Source: Octopus sinensis
Lineage: Eukaryota
Length of the DNA stretch: 64,000 nucleotides
Direction: 5' to 3'
Assembly: GCF_006345805.1 (NCBI RefSeq)
Contig: NC_042999.1
Location: 86,676,001-86,740,000, forward strand
In this document: positions 38,091-50,865 of the stretch, piece by piece
Position numbering within the stretch: the stretch's first letter is position 1
Layout of the letters: every line of letters starts with the position of its first letter
Notes under the pieces: model-generated
What the model saw: only the letters and a program-made list of their open reading frames with translations
What the model was told of the DNA's origin: nothing
The model's database searches: none
Position numbers and translations under genes: made by a program

Positions 38091-40011
38091 TTTAACAAAG
38101 AAGTTTGTTACCTAATTCCAGATTCTGGAAAGGCAAAGCACCAGTCGGATAGTACTCTAGTATATTGCAGGTAACTCCTCCCAAAATTATGGTACCCATT
38201 TCTGATAGCTAACTGCAATCATGTAGAATATAGTGTCCTACTCAGAAACACAACACAACCATAACGGAATTACTTTCATGAACAGTGAGCTAGTCGTCTA
38301 AATTTTAAAATACTGCATCCTAGCAGGGTTTGAGGCTAGGATGTTTCACCAAAACTAGAAATTCATATGTACTGAATAAGATATTCTCTCAGTTCTCCTA
38401 CGATCTTGTTCCTGTTGCATTTTTTCGTTTCAGAAACTAATTCGCTATGGTTCTTCTACTGACATCGATTTAATATTTCTCTTTAGAGATACCACATTTA
38501 TTATAGATTTTGTTAGATTTTTTTAATGATAACAATACCATATCAAAACAGTGCCTCAGTATGATAACAGCTTCTGAATAATAGAATATACCATCCAAAT
38601 AAACCTTCCATGCCAGGAGGGTTTATTTGACCTCTGCCCAGATGTCTCACTCTGTTGACTAAGTAGTTTACAAATTTGAAGTTTGAATTACCGACAATAT
38701 GAAACTGAGGCTAACCTAAACAGTTTCTAAATACGATCTAACCAATTCACCTCTTTTTAACAATGTTATAGCAAGTAGTCCGTTCGAGTGGACTAGTTAT
38801 TTGTTATACAATTTGAAATAAAATTATTTTGGAAAGATGTTTACATTGGTCTCTAGATGCATACACACTAACATGCATCTAGCATATCCTTCTTTTTCTC
38901 ACTGACACCGAGAGTGAGATGTTCCCAGACTAGTCTTCCGAAAACGTCGGACTGCCCCAGGCCTGCAGAAGTATAGTCACCCACTAATTTCTGATCACCT
39001 TCCTTTGTTTTCCCTTTCCCCTGATGTTCAAGATGGCCAATAGTCCTTCCAAGTTCAGTAAATATTTGCATTTTCTAATGTCTAGATTTAAAAAAAAAAT
39101 TTTCCACACCAACATTTCTATCTCACTCAGACCAGTTTGACCAAAGAACAAATGTCTGCTATTCGGAAACTCCATTCTTTCTGGTGGCAATCATACCCAT
39201 TCTAAACGATCTGAACTAGTTTATCAAGCGTCTTTGCATTCAAAGATAATCAGGCCATACAAATTCACGCATACTATATGCAATATTCTTGTGAATGAAC
39301 GTGTGAGGGAAGTCATTTTATATTAGAATAAAATTATTTACCAGTCCTTGAATGTAAAGATTCCCACGTGGGAAACGTTTTCCTAAAATTTTATAGACTT
39401 CTGGTGTTGTCTTTCACCGGAAGTGTATAGTTAAACATCCTTTGGAGGAGTGCTTCAGTTTTCCTCGAATCATGATTTAATTTTTTGTAGTTTTTTCTTT
39501 AAAATTTGTAACGTACTCAGTCAACTCATTCATGTTTAAAAGTGAGGTTAAAAAGTATCCGTTGTTATTAATTCTGTGGTTGTTGTAGTTGTGTGAATAC
39601 ACGTCAGTTCCTCGTCAGTTTTCACTTTTGCTTTTGGTCAACTAAGAATTAGGATGTTGACCACTCCAATTCAACGTCAGCATATTTGAGTCGTCGTCAT
39701 TGTTGCCTTGCCATGCTCGTCCTAATGACAAAGATTTCTAAAATAAGCATTAAGTGGGGAACAGATAGTAATTATAACAACTCTACTGCCTGACTGGTAC
39801 TTACTTTATTGGACTCAGTAGGACTTGAACTCAGAACGACATAAGACAAAACGAAAAAAATTTATATTTACCTTCCACTCTACTAAATCTACCAATCGTT
39901 ATCGATCTCAATATTCCACTGATACTTGGTTTACCAACCAAGACGCATTAGAAATGCCAGTCCGCCGCCTTTACTTAGCTTAAAATATCAACGTCCAATA
40001 TTGTTGTTCAT

Positions 40012-40183
40012 TAGTGGTTCCAAACCAATTTTTGGCCATGCCTCACAGAATTGCCCCCTTTCTCTATTGATATACTAAACATTGTGTACAAAAGGTATAA
40101 ATTCCTCATAACCCTACGTATGCCTCACCAAAATATTACCATGCTCCACCGGTGGGGCATGCGCCCCACGTTGGGAATCACCG
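40012..40183. mobile_element. hAT MITE, 172 bp, with exact 8-bp TSD
   Basis: TSD TTGTTCAT at 40004-40011 and 40184-40191; degenerate TIRs TAGTGGTTCCAAAC / GTTGGGAATCACCG. Confidence 0.8.
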
Positions 40184-41039
40184 TTGTTCATGGTCAAAAT
40201 CAACGTGATTGGTGTCCAGTTAATACTACTAGTCAAATATAGCTTGTCTATTAGTGGAAATTTTAAGAACGAGGTAATCTTTTCTAGAAACACTCCATTA
40301 AGAATACATTTCACTTGCTTATATTCTACACTTTCCTAGTTCATAATACACCTTTTTATCATGGCTGTTGCTAGGGCCACCTGGCAGCTAGATACAGACG
40401 GTTTGATTTGCTGTGAGGTCACAATACACGAGCCGTCGGAATCTGCTCTGTTGTTGTGCGAGGTGTCGGCATGTATGTATTCTCTAGGAATATATTTATT
40501 TACTCTTCTGAGATACTTTCATTTCTTGAAGATGAAACTACAGTGACTAATCTTCCATCTAGATATAACAAATGCTGCCTACTTGCATAATTGTTTTGTC
40601 TTGAAGTAATTTTCTTCTGGGTGAATTTAGTCCTACTATGTATGTATGTATGTATGTATGTATGTATGTATGTATGTATGTATAGATGGCTGGCTGGCTG
40701 GATGGATGGAAGGAACAGATTTAACTTCACTGCTGTCACGTACGTATAAGGGAGTCTTACACATCCAGGAGATAAGTCGTTTTCTCTCCTCGTAATAATA
40801 CACATATACTCATGTATACATAGGTAGAGACAGGCAACTAAGGTCAGTGACTGAGAAAGAGAGAGAGAGAGAGACAGGGGGAGATAAGAGAGAGAGAAGA
40901 AGAGTGTGTGTGTGAGTGCGCGCATGTGTGTAAGAAAGATACACTAACTACCCACACAAACATTCAAAATTCTCACACACACTCGCATATTATACATGCA
41001 GGAGTGCGTGGATTTGTTTATATATACATACGTACACAC

Positions 41040-41280
<241 letters not shown>

Positions 41281-43414
41281 TATTCGTCAAAAGTTCATTT
41301 ATGTTCGATAAGAGAGTAAACTTTGTGCAAACACGAACATTTAGAGAAAGCAATAAATGTGACTGCTTGCGTTACCATGGAGAAAGGAAATTTCACCTGT
41401 GATGGTCTCAGGAAGAGTCAGCAGTACGTCTATTTAATTTGTGAAAATATCACAGCATAACTTGTCTTCTAAACAAGAATTCCCAGGAGGTGAGGTAGAT
41501 GCCAAATTTCGTATGTACACACGATTCTACTAACATTGAGGATTCGGTACCTTTGAAGAAAAATTGTGTTGATTTGTAGTACTGGCAAAACAGCTATGTT
41601 TATCTTTCAACAATCTAAAACCAGATCCTTGAGATTTTACTGGAGTTTTTCTGATGTCTTATTAACCACTGACCGCTCAAATTAAACTTGTTTTCTTTCT
41701 GATGTATTTCCTTTTTTCTTTTTCTTTTTTATTTTATCTATTTATTTGGTTTCGTTTGGTTTTAGTTTATCTATCTTTCTTGGTCTTTTTTCAGTTAGTT
41801 ATCCGTAGAGTCATTACTGACGGATTTTTTTTGTTATATATACACATCTCGTTCATTTCGTATTTTTATTATTTGGTTTTCCGCAATTTTAAAAGTAATT
41901 TTCTAGTTTATTAGTTTATTCTTTTATTTGTTTCCACAATTTGGTAGTAGCCATGCTGGAGCACTACCATGGTAACAATCCAGTATAACTATTTGGTAAT
42001 CAAACAACAACCGCTCCTGTGTCCAGTAACCCATTATCATAATAACCATTTCAAAGATAATCACAATGACACTACTTGGGCGAGGACTAAATGCCTTGCA
42101 ACTAAATATTGTAAGACATTTTGTTCCACCGGTTCTGTCAGTCCAATGATTAGTTTTCACTAGACACGCGGTTACTTTGTTTAAAGGAGCGATACAGTCT
42201 TATCATCTTTTCACGAAGCGCAAAGTGGCACGAGCTAGTATTTAACTAGATTGTTATTTGGATGAAACTATTTCTTTCGAATAAATAAACTGAAGTATTG
42301 TACCAACAAAGCCTTAACAGTGGATTTGAACATACAATACATGAGCTTATTCTTTCAGCAATTTTGTCTCATTAAAGGTAGTGGGTTAGTAACCATAATC
42401 ATTACTACATGCCTTGACAACCCTACATCTCACAAACCTCAGACTCATTTGACTCCAGCTGACAGCACCTGGAACAAGCTCTCATCCAAGATTACGGATT
42501 CCTCCTCGACTACCGAAATTCCAGTATAGCCGGTTTCGGACAATGTTAAAAAAGGAGGAGGAGATTGGCGCACGAGACAACCTTACCTGCAATACTCAAA
42601 TTAGTACAGAAATGACGAGCGGTTATAATCATTCATTAGCAAGGCAGCGAGGAACTGGCACGTCTGTTGATGGAGTTGTGGAATCTATGAACGTCCGTAC
42701 ACTATTCTGATATATTACTTATCTATGTAGATATAAATAGTAATAATCAACATAGAGGGATTTGAATTCTAAATAATACTACCCTATACGTGTAATATCA
42801 AAGTAATTTGTCCAGGGTGCTATTTTCTCATTCTTTTCTTTACTCCGTTTAAAGAAAAGTGCCCCAGAAAAGCATTCTAAATATATATACGGCAATATCT
42901 CACAAGAAGAATGAGTGTCAGGGAAGGATAGTGACTTTAATAGAGGTCCTGCTCATCTGCTCCTGTTTCCCAGCCCTTTCATGGGGCTTCAAGAACTGTC
43001 TGCTTGCTACACTGTATCGCCTTCTGGATAACCGCATTGATAGGCTAAATCTGACTGAGAGTAGTCGACGAAGTTTAATCTTACAGTGAAATACTTCAAG
43101 GGTTTCTCCCCTAACGCATGTGAAGAAAGGATTTCCAGTGGCCTGCGTGGAGGAAACTCAATCATTGGTAGCTAAGTTTCAACGAACAGAACATCGCTGT
43201 GGAATGCGTATCTCAGAGCCTAATGAAACACATAGATCGCTATAGTTCTACCACCGTATCTCCATTATGCTTCCAATCTTGTTGGACTGCCTTGCTACTG
43301 ACCAGGAAGTTGAGGAGAAGAAAGTGAACGCGATCGTCTAAGTTCAGTGCAAGTCAAGGTTTGAAGAACGTTTTCAGCAAGCAATAACCAAGGGAGATAA
43401 CTTTAATAACATTA

Positions 43415-43790
43415 ACGTTAAGTTTTTTGGAAATTGCTTCCCAACAACATAGCTCTGGGTTTAATCCTGCGGCGTAGCATCTTGAGCAAACGTCTTCTAC
43501 TATAGCTTCGAGCCGACCAAAGCTTTATGAGTGGATTTGGTAGACGGAAAGTGAAAGGCCGTCGTATATGTGTGTGCGTATGTCTTTGTGTCTGTTTGTT
43601 CCCCATCAACCCATGACAGCGTGTTTTAGTGTGTTTACGTTGCCGTAACTTAGCGGTTCGGCAAAAGAGACCTATAGAATAAATAATAGGCTTTAAAGAA
43701 GTAGGAAAAGTATTGGGGTTGATTCGGTCGACTGAAATCTTTCAAGGAGGTGCCCTAATATGGTTACTGAAACAAATAAAATGTAAAAAG
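43415..43790 (+). mobile_element. SINE family A, near full length
   Basis: CTTCTACTATAGC..GCCGACCAAAGC..GAGTGGATTTGGTAGACGGAAA, internal (TG)n, GTAACTTAGCGGTTCGGCAAAAGAGAC, tail ACTGAAACAAATAAAA. Confidence 0.8.
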
Positions 43791-44291
43791 ATAAGCTGTT
43801 TACTAATTCTTGTCGGTTACTAAGACAATCTATAGTTTCCCCCAACAGATTCATATAAAGTATTTATTAGTATTTGATGATATATTTACCTCCATACACA
43901 AAACCTCTCTCTAGGATGCTTAAAATCTAAAAAGACTATAAGCGAAAGAGATAATCATAACCCTTTTACTGCCGAAATCAAATATATCCACTCCAAATTC
44001 CATTAATCTTAGCAGCGGAAACTGTTTAATATACAAAGCTATTTTCTTTTGAGGAATGTCATGTTTGAAACTTATTTTTTATTGAAATATATTAATTTTA
44101 TTGAGGCAACGTGACTTGGAGAAAATATCAATTCTATTTTTTTTTTTTTTTGCGTAGATATTTATCATTATTGGAATACCAATGAAATTTAATGGGAAAG
44201 TATGTAGCTGTACTTGTTTCTTTCCGTTACTAAACAATTTATAGCGTTCACTAATAGATACATACAAACTTTTATTAATACGTGATGTTAT

Positions 44292-44715
44292 GATCGCCGC
44301 TATGAGCACTACATCATTTTCACAATGTGGAGAATATACCCCCAGCATTACTCAAACGACCTTAGCATCAGATTCAGAATTCATCCAAGGCTAGAGTCAC
44401 GAACCATACGCCCCCTGCACAATTCAGGCTAGCAACACATAAATTCACTGCAACACATTTTCTTTTCCTCAACAGGCCTTACTGTGCTTAACATTATTCA
44501 AAAACAAATCAATGAAGAAAAAGATCCCATCACCCACAAACGAAACCTGGACAAATTTCTTCAAGAGATACCAGATAAACCACCGATATCTGGATACATG
44601 AATGAGCCTTGATACCACAAAACTTGTCTTTAAAATGACTTAACAGATCCTATCAGGTGGTGTTGTTAAGTTAGACGTGGCCTGGATCACTCTTTGGTCG
44701 AAACATATCTAAGTT
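44292..44715 (+). mobile_element. CR1-clade LINE 3' end, decayed
   Basis: RRYEHYIIFTMWRIY...; EEKDPITHKRNLDKFLQEIPDKPPISGY; short tandem tail (ATCTAAGTT)x2. Confidence 0.65.
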
Positions 44716-45339
44716 ATCTAAGTTACTACAATAGACAAGTAGTTGACCTATAAATAGTCAGCTTATTGAATCGATGGGGAAAATGGGAATTGTGGGGTTT
44801 CATTATTTTCTAGGGAATTTTGATAGATTAGAAGGAATAACTATTATAATGGATCAACTTTGGGTTACAAAATCTATTGATCGGTAAAAAACAGTCTTCA
44901 AAACTCAGTTCTTACTTGCAGTTCTCACTTCTATCCCAAGATCAATCCTGGTGGAATAGACTTATGATCAAAGATATCCCAATTATAGCTGTTTTATCTG
45001 GGTTTTTTTTTTTCAAACATGGTATATCTAGGAGTACAGTGCTCAGTGTATCCTTCTTTTCTCTTAACACGGTACTCTGCGATTTCAAAGTTATTTAGCT
45101 GCTATTGTAGCAAGCAGAGTAATGAGAGGAAAATTCTCTCTTCTCGGCATTTGTTAGTTCTTTTCACCAGTTCTTATCGTGTTGTCATAGTTCAACTACA
45201 AGTTAACACTGATTGAACAGACCTATTATCAAAAATATTCCATCTTTTGCCTGTAGTTCCGCCATTTCTTTAGGAACGTAACGTGTGGTTTGAAACTTTT
45301 GCTGCAATTTCTGGCATTTTGAGTGACCACGTAGAAATT

Positions 45340-45678
45340 CCCTCTCACAGCATCATAAGCGGAAAGTGTAACCTCTCGAAAGAGCTGTTCTTCACTCCTG
45401 CTCCAGAGCGTCGGCTGCGGGGTCACTCCAAAAAGCTCTATCTGCGACGATTTCATCTCAATCGAAGGAGAGGCGCTTTCTCCGTTCGGGTTGCGGATCC
45501 GTGGAATAAGCTGCCGGACGACATAGTGAAGATGCCGACGACCGCTCGGTTCAAAGTCTCTCTTGACCAGAAATGGCCTGAACTCTTTGCATGAACACCA
45601 CCCTGTACATAACTCCATGTCCCCCTACATGGCCTTGCTTTTTGCTTTTTGAGCCAAAAAATTAACTTAACTTAACTT
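45340..45678 (+). mobile_element. Young CR1-clade LINE 3' end
   Basis: IISGKCNLSKELFF...RLRGHSKKL...FSVRVADPWNKLP...FKVSLDQKW; 3' UTR stem-loop CCATGT ccccct ACATGG; (AACTT)n tail. About 95% identical to the 48266 copy by eye. Confidence 0.9.
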
Positions 45679-45930
45679 CTCAAGTTAATAAATGTCAATT
45701 AGCTCATAACAAACGATCTAATGAGACTGGGGCAATAATAAGGAAATTGTTTTTCGTACTTAACATTTTACCTTATTTATCTAAAACAGTCAATGTGAGT
45801 ACGGAGACATGTACATGTGGTTTTATGTGTATGTTTGTATGTATATATATATATATATATAATAAATACAAGTAATAAGAGAGAGACCACATGTGGTCAC
45901 TCTAACGCTAGAAATAGATCCGCAAAGGGA

Positions 45931-46031
45931 ATCCCGCGCAACTAATAGTTTCCAGCATATGCGCACGTTCATCAGTCGTCAATCACCTGATGAACTTACG
46001 CATATACGGGAAACTATTAATAGCGCGGAAT
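45931..46031. other. 101-nt hairpin, 45-bp arms, 11-nt loop; unassigned
   Basis: 45931-45975 versus reverse complement of 45987-46031: 38/45 identical. Confidence 0.8.
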
Positions 46032-46135
46032 GTACGTGTAGTTCTAACGTTTTGTGATATTGAACTCTCATTGGATAGAGTACTCTTCGTATTGACTTTT
46101 GCGCAGTTAATTTCTTACACACACAAATATATATA

Positions 46136-46291
46136 CGACGGGCTTCTTTCAGTTTCCCTCTATCAAATTCACTTACAAGATTTTGGTCGGCCAGAGGCTG
46201 TAGTAAAAGACACTTGCACAAGGTACCACGCAGTGGGACTGAACCCGGAATCATGTGGTTGGTAAGTAAGCTACTTACCACACACCCACGC
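46136..46291 (-). mobile_element. SINE family A, 5' half
   Basis: ACGACGGGCTTCTTTCAGTTTCC...GCAGTGGGACTGAACCCGG...TACTTACCACAC. Confidence 0.85.
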
Positions 46292-47693
46292 CTGCGCCTA
46301 TATATACATACATATATATTTATATATATAATGGTAAATAATATATATATGTGTGTGTGTGTGTACACACACACACATGCATATATTGGTATAAGATATA
46401 ATAATTCGTAATCAAACGAGTTAAATATACAAACAACGGAAAAAAGGAAAACAGTACAAGTAAACACAGAGAAAAGACCCTTCATCATTTATCGGTTATC
46501 TTTCTACTCCTCATGTTGAGCATTCAACGATAGTATGAGTCTACAAAGACAGTTGCTCCAATAAATTCTAAAATAGGATTTATGGAGAGTCAAAGTTGGG
46601 AACAAAAACGTGACAGTGGAGACATACAAGGAAACCGAACGAAAACAAGCATGGAGGGTCGTTAGACTAGAGGTAAATGGTGAACGCTGTGAGAAACATT
46701 TTTTTTTTTTTTTGAAATGGCGAAAAGACAGAAGAGAGAGACATACATACATTATTTTATTAAAGCACCCCAAAAAAATCTAAACTGTTTCACGTGATCG
46801 TTCGTCCAGAATAAATTTCATAAATTGTGAGCATATATAATATTTTGTAGATACCAGTTCAACAAATAAGCATTTAAATCTGGGTAACTAATTTTAAAAA
46901 TAACGGTGCATAAACGGCTGCATGTGGGGTTTGACTGTAGCGGAGAAATAAGTATAAACGATAGTTGGTTGAATCGAAAGTTTTGTGTAAAAATGAGTGA
47001 AAGAAAATATACAGAATCTAATAGGTTCTGTCAAGAAATAGAAATTGCAAATGATTAAAAGGAATATAATAGCAGTCAAAAATTAAAGATTAATAGCTAT
47101 AGTTGAGATTAAAATATGTAAGCAAATAAAAATACACTAATGAAAGGAAAGGTCAAGAAAATAAAACGAAGGAAAGTAGAAAAGAAGACAGAAAGTAAAG
47201 AAATAAAGAGAACGTGGAAATAACTGTAACATAAATGTGATAAGGCAGAAGGAGTGGGTGAAGAATGGTACACGTACACAAATGAACTATAATGAAGCAT
47301 ACACACACTTGTAAACTAAAATGACATGTATACCCTCACATACCTGCACAAAATCACATACACATACACACACCAGTTCAAATAACCACAAAAAGGAAGA
47401 ACTCTCTTGACTTAAATAACAGAATCCTTCCACTTTGTTAGTGACCAGCTAGAATTCTCTACAGGAAAAAGTCTTAAATAAATCCTATGGAATGCATATA
47501 CACACGCATAAGCACGCAATTACGTGCATGCACAAAATCCACAGAAATATATATGCACACAATTGCATACATAGATACATATGCTTATAATTATATACAT
47601 ACATACATAACAACAACGATGATGATGACGACGACGATGATAACAACGATGATGATGATTGATTCTCGGTCGATTCTAGTTGATCGTCTGGTT

Positions 47694-48215
47694 CAGTGGT
47701 TTTCAACCGGAGTCCATATAAGATTTTATTGTTAAGATTTATCTGCAATAAATTAGTTATACTTCTACAATACACAAAATATTTTAATTTTCTTGTACAA
47801 TTTCAAATATTATTTCATTATACAAATACAGCAGGATTTGTTTTATATATGTCGAATGGCTATGGAGTTCTAGTAGAATATGCTAGGAATCAAAGGAGTC
47901 TCTAGGCAAGAAATAATTGAGAATCAGCAAAAATGGTTGAGAACGAGTAGATTCAGTTAGACCAGGGGTTCTCAACCATTTTCTGTGTATGGACCCCTTT
48001 GATTACCATTTTATTCAGGTGAACCCCCATAGCCAGTCTATGTTTAAAAACTAGTTTAATAGAAACTTCTATCAAAATACCTATTTACCCATTAATTTTT
48101 GTAGGTTGGACTATGTAAAATGTTTGAGAAAGAAACCTAGCTGTTTTTTGAAATACATACCAATACATACATACAAAGCAAAATCTCTTCCAGCGACACT
48201 TAAAATTCTACTGAG
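47694..48215. mobile_element. Two adjacent hAT-like MITE remnants (47694-~47955 and 47963-~48215)
   Basis: Ends CAGTGGTTTTCAACC and CAGGGGTTCTCAACC. The second shares its interior with 23072-23408. TSDs not resolved. Confidence 0.5.
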
Positions 48216-48265
48216 GATTAGCAATTCTAATGGGTTACTCTATAAATCTGATGGGTTACTCTATA

Positions 48266-48762
48266 CCTTATCTCCTCAAAGACATACAGCATCTCGAAAG
48301 AGTCCAGAAGCTGGCTACCCGCATGGTTTTTGGTCTCAAGCATTTGTCTTATGAAGAAAGGCTGAAGACGCTCGACCTTAATTCTCTAGAAAAACGACAA
48401 CGCCGTGGAGATCTCATTCTTGCTCACAACATTATAAGCGGAAGGTGTAACCTCTCGAAAGAGCTGTTCTTCACTCCTGCTCCAGAGCGTCGGCTGCGGG
48501 GTCATTCCGAAAAGCTCTATCTGCGACGATTTCACCTCAATCGAAGGAGAGGGGCTTTCTCCGTCTGGGTTGCGGATCCGTGGAATAAGCTGCCAGACGA
48601 GATGGTGAAGATGCCGACGACCGCTCGGTTCAAAGTCTCTCTTAACCAGAAATGGCCTGAACTCTTTACATGAACACCACCCTGTACATAACTCCATGTC
48701 CCCCTACATGGCCTTGCGTTTTGCTTTTTGAGCCAAAAAATTAACTAACTAACTAACTAACT
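48266..48762 (+). mobile_element. Young 5'-truncated CR1-clade LINE
   Basis: Open frame PYLLKDIQHLERVQKLATRMV...SYEERLKTLDLNSLEKRQRRGDLI...RGHSEKL...PWNKLP; 3' stem-loop; (AACT)n tail. Confidence 0.92.
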
Positions 48763-48796
48763 TTTGTAGAGTACAAATATATAATTCTTAAGCAAG

Positions 48797-48859
48797 AATG
48801 TTGCTGATAGTGACTTCGAAGTTTCGACCAGCTTAGCCATCGTCGAACTGCGATGCATT
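48797..48859 (-). ncRNA. Hammerhead-like motif with UCGACGA core variant
   Basis: AAUG..AGU-UCGACGA-U-GGC uaagcug GUC-GAAA-CUUCGAAG-UC^ACU..CAUU. Palindromic stem III and GUC triplet. Confidence 0.4.
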
Positions 48860-49072
48860 AGAGTTAGTCTTGCCGTTATATAGTCTCTGCCGAGTTAAAA
48901 ATCATCTTTGGGGGTTTGGTTTGAGTGGGGTGGTTGTTTTCAAGGTTGGTTTTATAGAAAGGTGTTTTGGGAAAATATATATATGTATATATACATATAT
49001 ATGCGCAGGTATGACTGTGTGTTAAGCGATGGGAGGGGGAAACAGACACACAAACATATATATATATATATA

Positions 49073-49567
49073 CTAGCAGTATCGCCCGGCGTTGCTCGGG
49101 TTTGTAAGGGAAATAACTATATAAGCATTTTTAGAGATGCCAATTCGGGCTTTCTTAGCCATTTCTGTTTTGGTGTCTTCAAGCCATGAAGTCGTTGTTC
49201 TAAAAGAACGCTGGTTTCCTTAACAACGCATTACGACGTTGATTTCTTTACACTCCCTTCCCCACAGCTTCACGAGGGAGGGAAGGGGGAGAAGCAAACA
49301 GGTGCAGCTGTGAGCGTGGACGCCAACTCCGCCGCTATCGACACACGATGCATTTTATGCATTAAAATGGAATAAAAAATGATGTTAAATTATTTTTAAA
49401 ATCGTAGACTCATCGTTGACGCGCGCTAATAGTCAGACGGGCTCGATATGAATCACGACTATAAGATACCCGAATTTGGTTAAACTGCACCGCAAAATGT
49501 GGGAGTAGTTAGGAATCTAAATCGAAGGGGACAGACACTCACACAACTACAGTTTTATATATATAGA
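49073..49567 (-). mobile_element. Non-autonomous Helitron, unit 1 of head-to-tail dimer
   Basis: Minus strand: 5' TC; 3' hairpin CCCGAGCAACGCCGGG (49085-49100), CGATACTG-CTAG, followed by T. Confidence 0.9.
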
Positions 49568-50082
49568 CTAGCAGTATCGCCCGGCGTTGCTCGGGTTTGT
49601 AAGGGAAATAACTATATAAGCATTTTTAGAGAGTTACTTCCTTTATAGATGCCAATTCGGGCTTTCTTAGCCATTTCTGTTTTGGTGTCTTCAAGCCATG
49701 AAGTCGTTGTTCTAAAAGAACGCTGGTCTCCTTGACAACGCATTACGACGTTGATTTCCTTAAACTCCCTTCCCCACAGCTTCACGAGGGAGGGAAGAAG
49801 GGGGAGAAGCAAACACAGGTGCAGGTGTGACCATGGACGCCAACTCCGCCGCCATCGACACACGAAAAATTATGCATTAAAATGGAATAAAAAATGATGT
49901 TAAATTATTTTTAAAATCGTAGACTCATCGTAGACGCGCGCTAATACTCAGACGGGCTCGATATTAATCACGACTATAAGATACCCGGTTTTGGTTAAAC
50001 TGCACCGCAAAATGTGGGAGGAGTTAGGAATCTAAATCGTAGGAGACAGACACTCACACAACTACAGTTTTATATATATAGA
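49568..50082 (-). mobile_element. Non-autonomous Helitron, unit 2 of head-to-tail dimer
   Basis: Same termini; 5' TC preceded by A at 50083; its 3' CTAG is fused directly to the TC of unit 1. Confidence 0.9.
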
Positions 50083-50228
50083 TATACGACAGGCTTCTTT
50101 CAGTTTCCGTCTACCAAATTCACAGAGAAGGCTTCGGTCGGCCCGAAGCTATAGTAGAATACACTTGCCCAAGGTGCCACGCAGTGGGACTGAACCTGGA
50201 ACCATGAGGCTGGTAAGTAAGCTATATA

Positions 50229-50282
<54 letters not shown>

Positions 50283-50359
50283 TATGTGCATCCATACATA
50301 CAAAATACACACATGCTTTCATCCACCCATCCGTACGAACGTCTGTAAATCCAGCCACA

Positions 50360-50560
50360 CATACATACACACATACATACATACATACATACACACACAC
50401 ATACATACATACATACATACATACATACATACATACATACATACACATACATACATACATACATACATACATACATACATACATACATACATACATACAT
50501 ACATACATACATACATACATACATACATACATACATACATACATACATACATACGTACGT
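50360..50560. repeat. (TACA)n microsatellite
   Basis: Directly visible. Confidence 0.95.
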
Positions 50561-50865
50561 ACATACACAACAATAAAGTAACATAATACCGGCAAGTGTG
50601 CTACTGGGAGTTGGTATAGCCCTAACAAAGTACACTCACTCTTCCCTGATATGTCACAAGGGTCTTAGCACACGGGGAACACCCCTTTAAGCAAGCAACA
50701 CTATATAATGTGTATATGCGTGCGTCTGAATGTATTCATGCATGTGTGTGCGTGCGAGCGACCGTGTATGTGTGCATGCGTGCGGTGAGTGTTGTGAGTG
50801 AGTGTGTCCAAACAATGCAAGCAATAATAAAAGAACGTTAAGCCAGCGATGATAGACGGAAAACG

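Larger units (their letters stand above)
49000..50226 (-). mobile_element. SINE family A split by the Helitron dimer (pieces ~49000-49072 and 50083-50226)
   Basis: Left piece GTTAAGCGATGGGAGGGGGAAACAGACACACAAAC(AT)n and right piece ACGACAGGCTTCTTTCAGTTTCCG... are contiguous in the intact copy at 54999-55378. Confidence 0.7.

Noticed and set aside
45987-46030. Hairpin arm as a functional hammerhead
   Set aside because: U16.1 is absent and stems I and II do not form; kept only as a hairpin.
48230-48673. 147-aa ORF as a host gene
   Set aside because: It is the C-terminus of CR1 ORF2, with the ATG supplied by flanking sequence.
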